A DNA stretch of 64,000 bases from Desulfovibrio sp. (GTDB lineage: Bacteria > Desulfobacterota > Desulfovibrionia > Desulfovibrionales > Desulfovibrionaceae), in the NCBI GenBank assembly GCA_028708865.1, contig JAQVYA010000002.1, positions 2,819 through 66,818 on the forward strand, written 5' to 3'. The position numbers and the translations under genes are program-made. Below are positions 63,785-64,000 of the stretch, piece after piece. The notes beneath the pieces were generated by a model, which saw only the letters and a program-made list of their open reading frames with translations, did not search any database and was not told where the DNA came from. How positions within the stretch are numbered: position 1 is the stretch's first letter; each line of letters begins with the position of its first letter.

Positions 63785-64000
63785 ATGTTCAAAAATCTCT
63801 CCATAGGACTCAAACTCGGCCTCGGGTTCGGCATCGTACTTCTGCTCACCGCCACAGTATCCGGTGTTTCACTGCTCGCACAGGACCGTCTTGCCAGCGG
63901 GGCGGACGCATCCAGAGAAAATGCCCGAATTCTGCAACACATGCTTGGCGGACGTGTCGCGGTTCTCTACTATCTATGGCAACAAGACAACGAGCACATT
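63785..64000 (+). CDS. probable chemoreceptor/sensor N-terminus (partial)
   Basis: MFKNLSIGLKLGLGFGIVLLLTA..., typical MCP first TM helix; open to the window end. Confidence 0.7.
   Translation, partial: MFKNLSIGLKLGLGFGIVLLLTATVSGVSLLAQDRLASGADASRENARILQHMLGGRVAVLYYLWQQDNEHI

Overview
Core-chromosome window (GC-rich, about 60%) from a sulfate-reducing deltaproteobacterium; gene content and order point to Desulfovibrionaceae (inference). About 70 densely packed, mostly minus-strand housekeeping genes: yggT-divIVA-yggU-DUF465-ilvB, tatA, mop, rsmD-coaD-miaA, a beta-CASP RNase, rsfS-gpmI, paaK-ACT, uvrB-K+ channel-ligA-dapB, clpS-clpA-aat, crcB, an MCP(H-NOX)-cheA-cheR cluster, trxA-trxB-bamD-fusA paralog, tsaD, fbp, pgsA-ftsB, mrp, pcm, tRNA-Leu-tig-clpP-clpX-lon, thiD(N), and aminotransferase-hom-apgM-like. 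No mobile element, prophage or CRISPR array is evident. The most striking unannotated signal is a probable phenylalanine-sensing transcription attenuator upstream of the phenylacetate-CoA ligase/ACT operon: a 27-codon Phe-rich leader peptide (13491-13574) with antiterminator and terminator hairpins. Other points are a one-base frameshift plus a ~95-aa insertion in ligA, a chemoreceptor with a C-terminal H-NOX domain that keeps the distal Tyr, a degenerate ThiN domain, and a MerR/RacA-like gene preceded by helically phased repeats. All calls come from reading the sequence; no searches were run.
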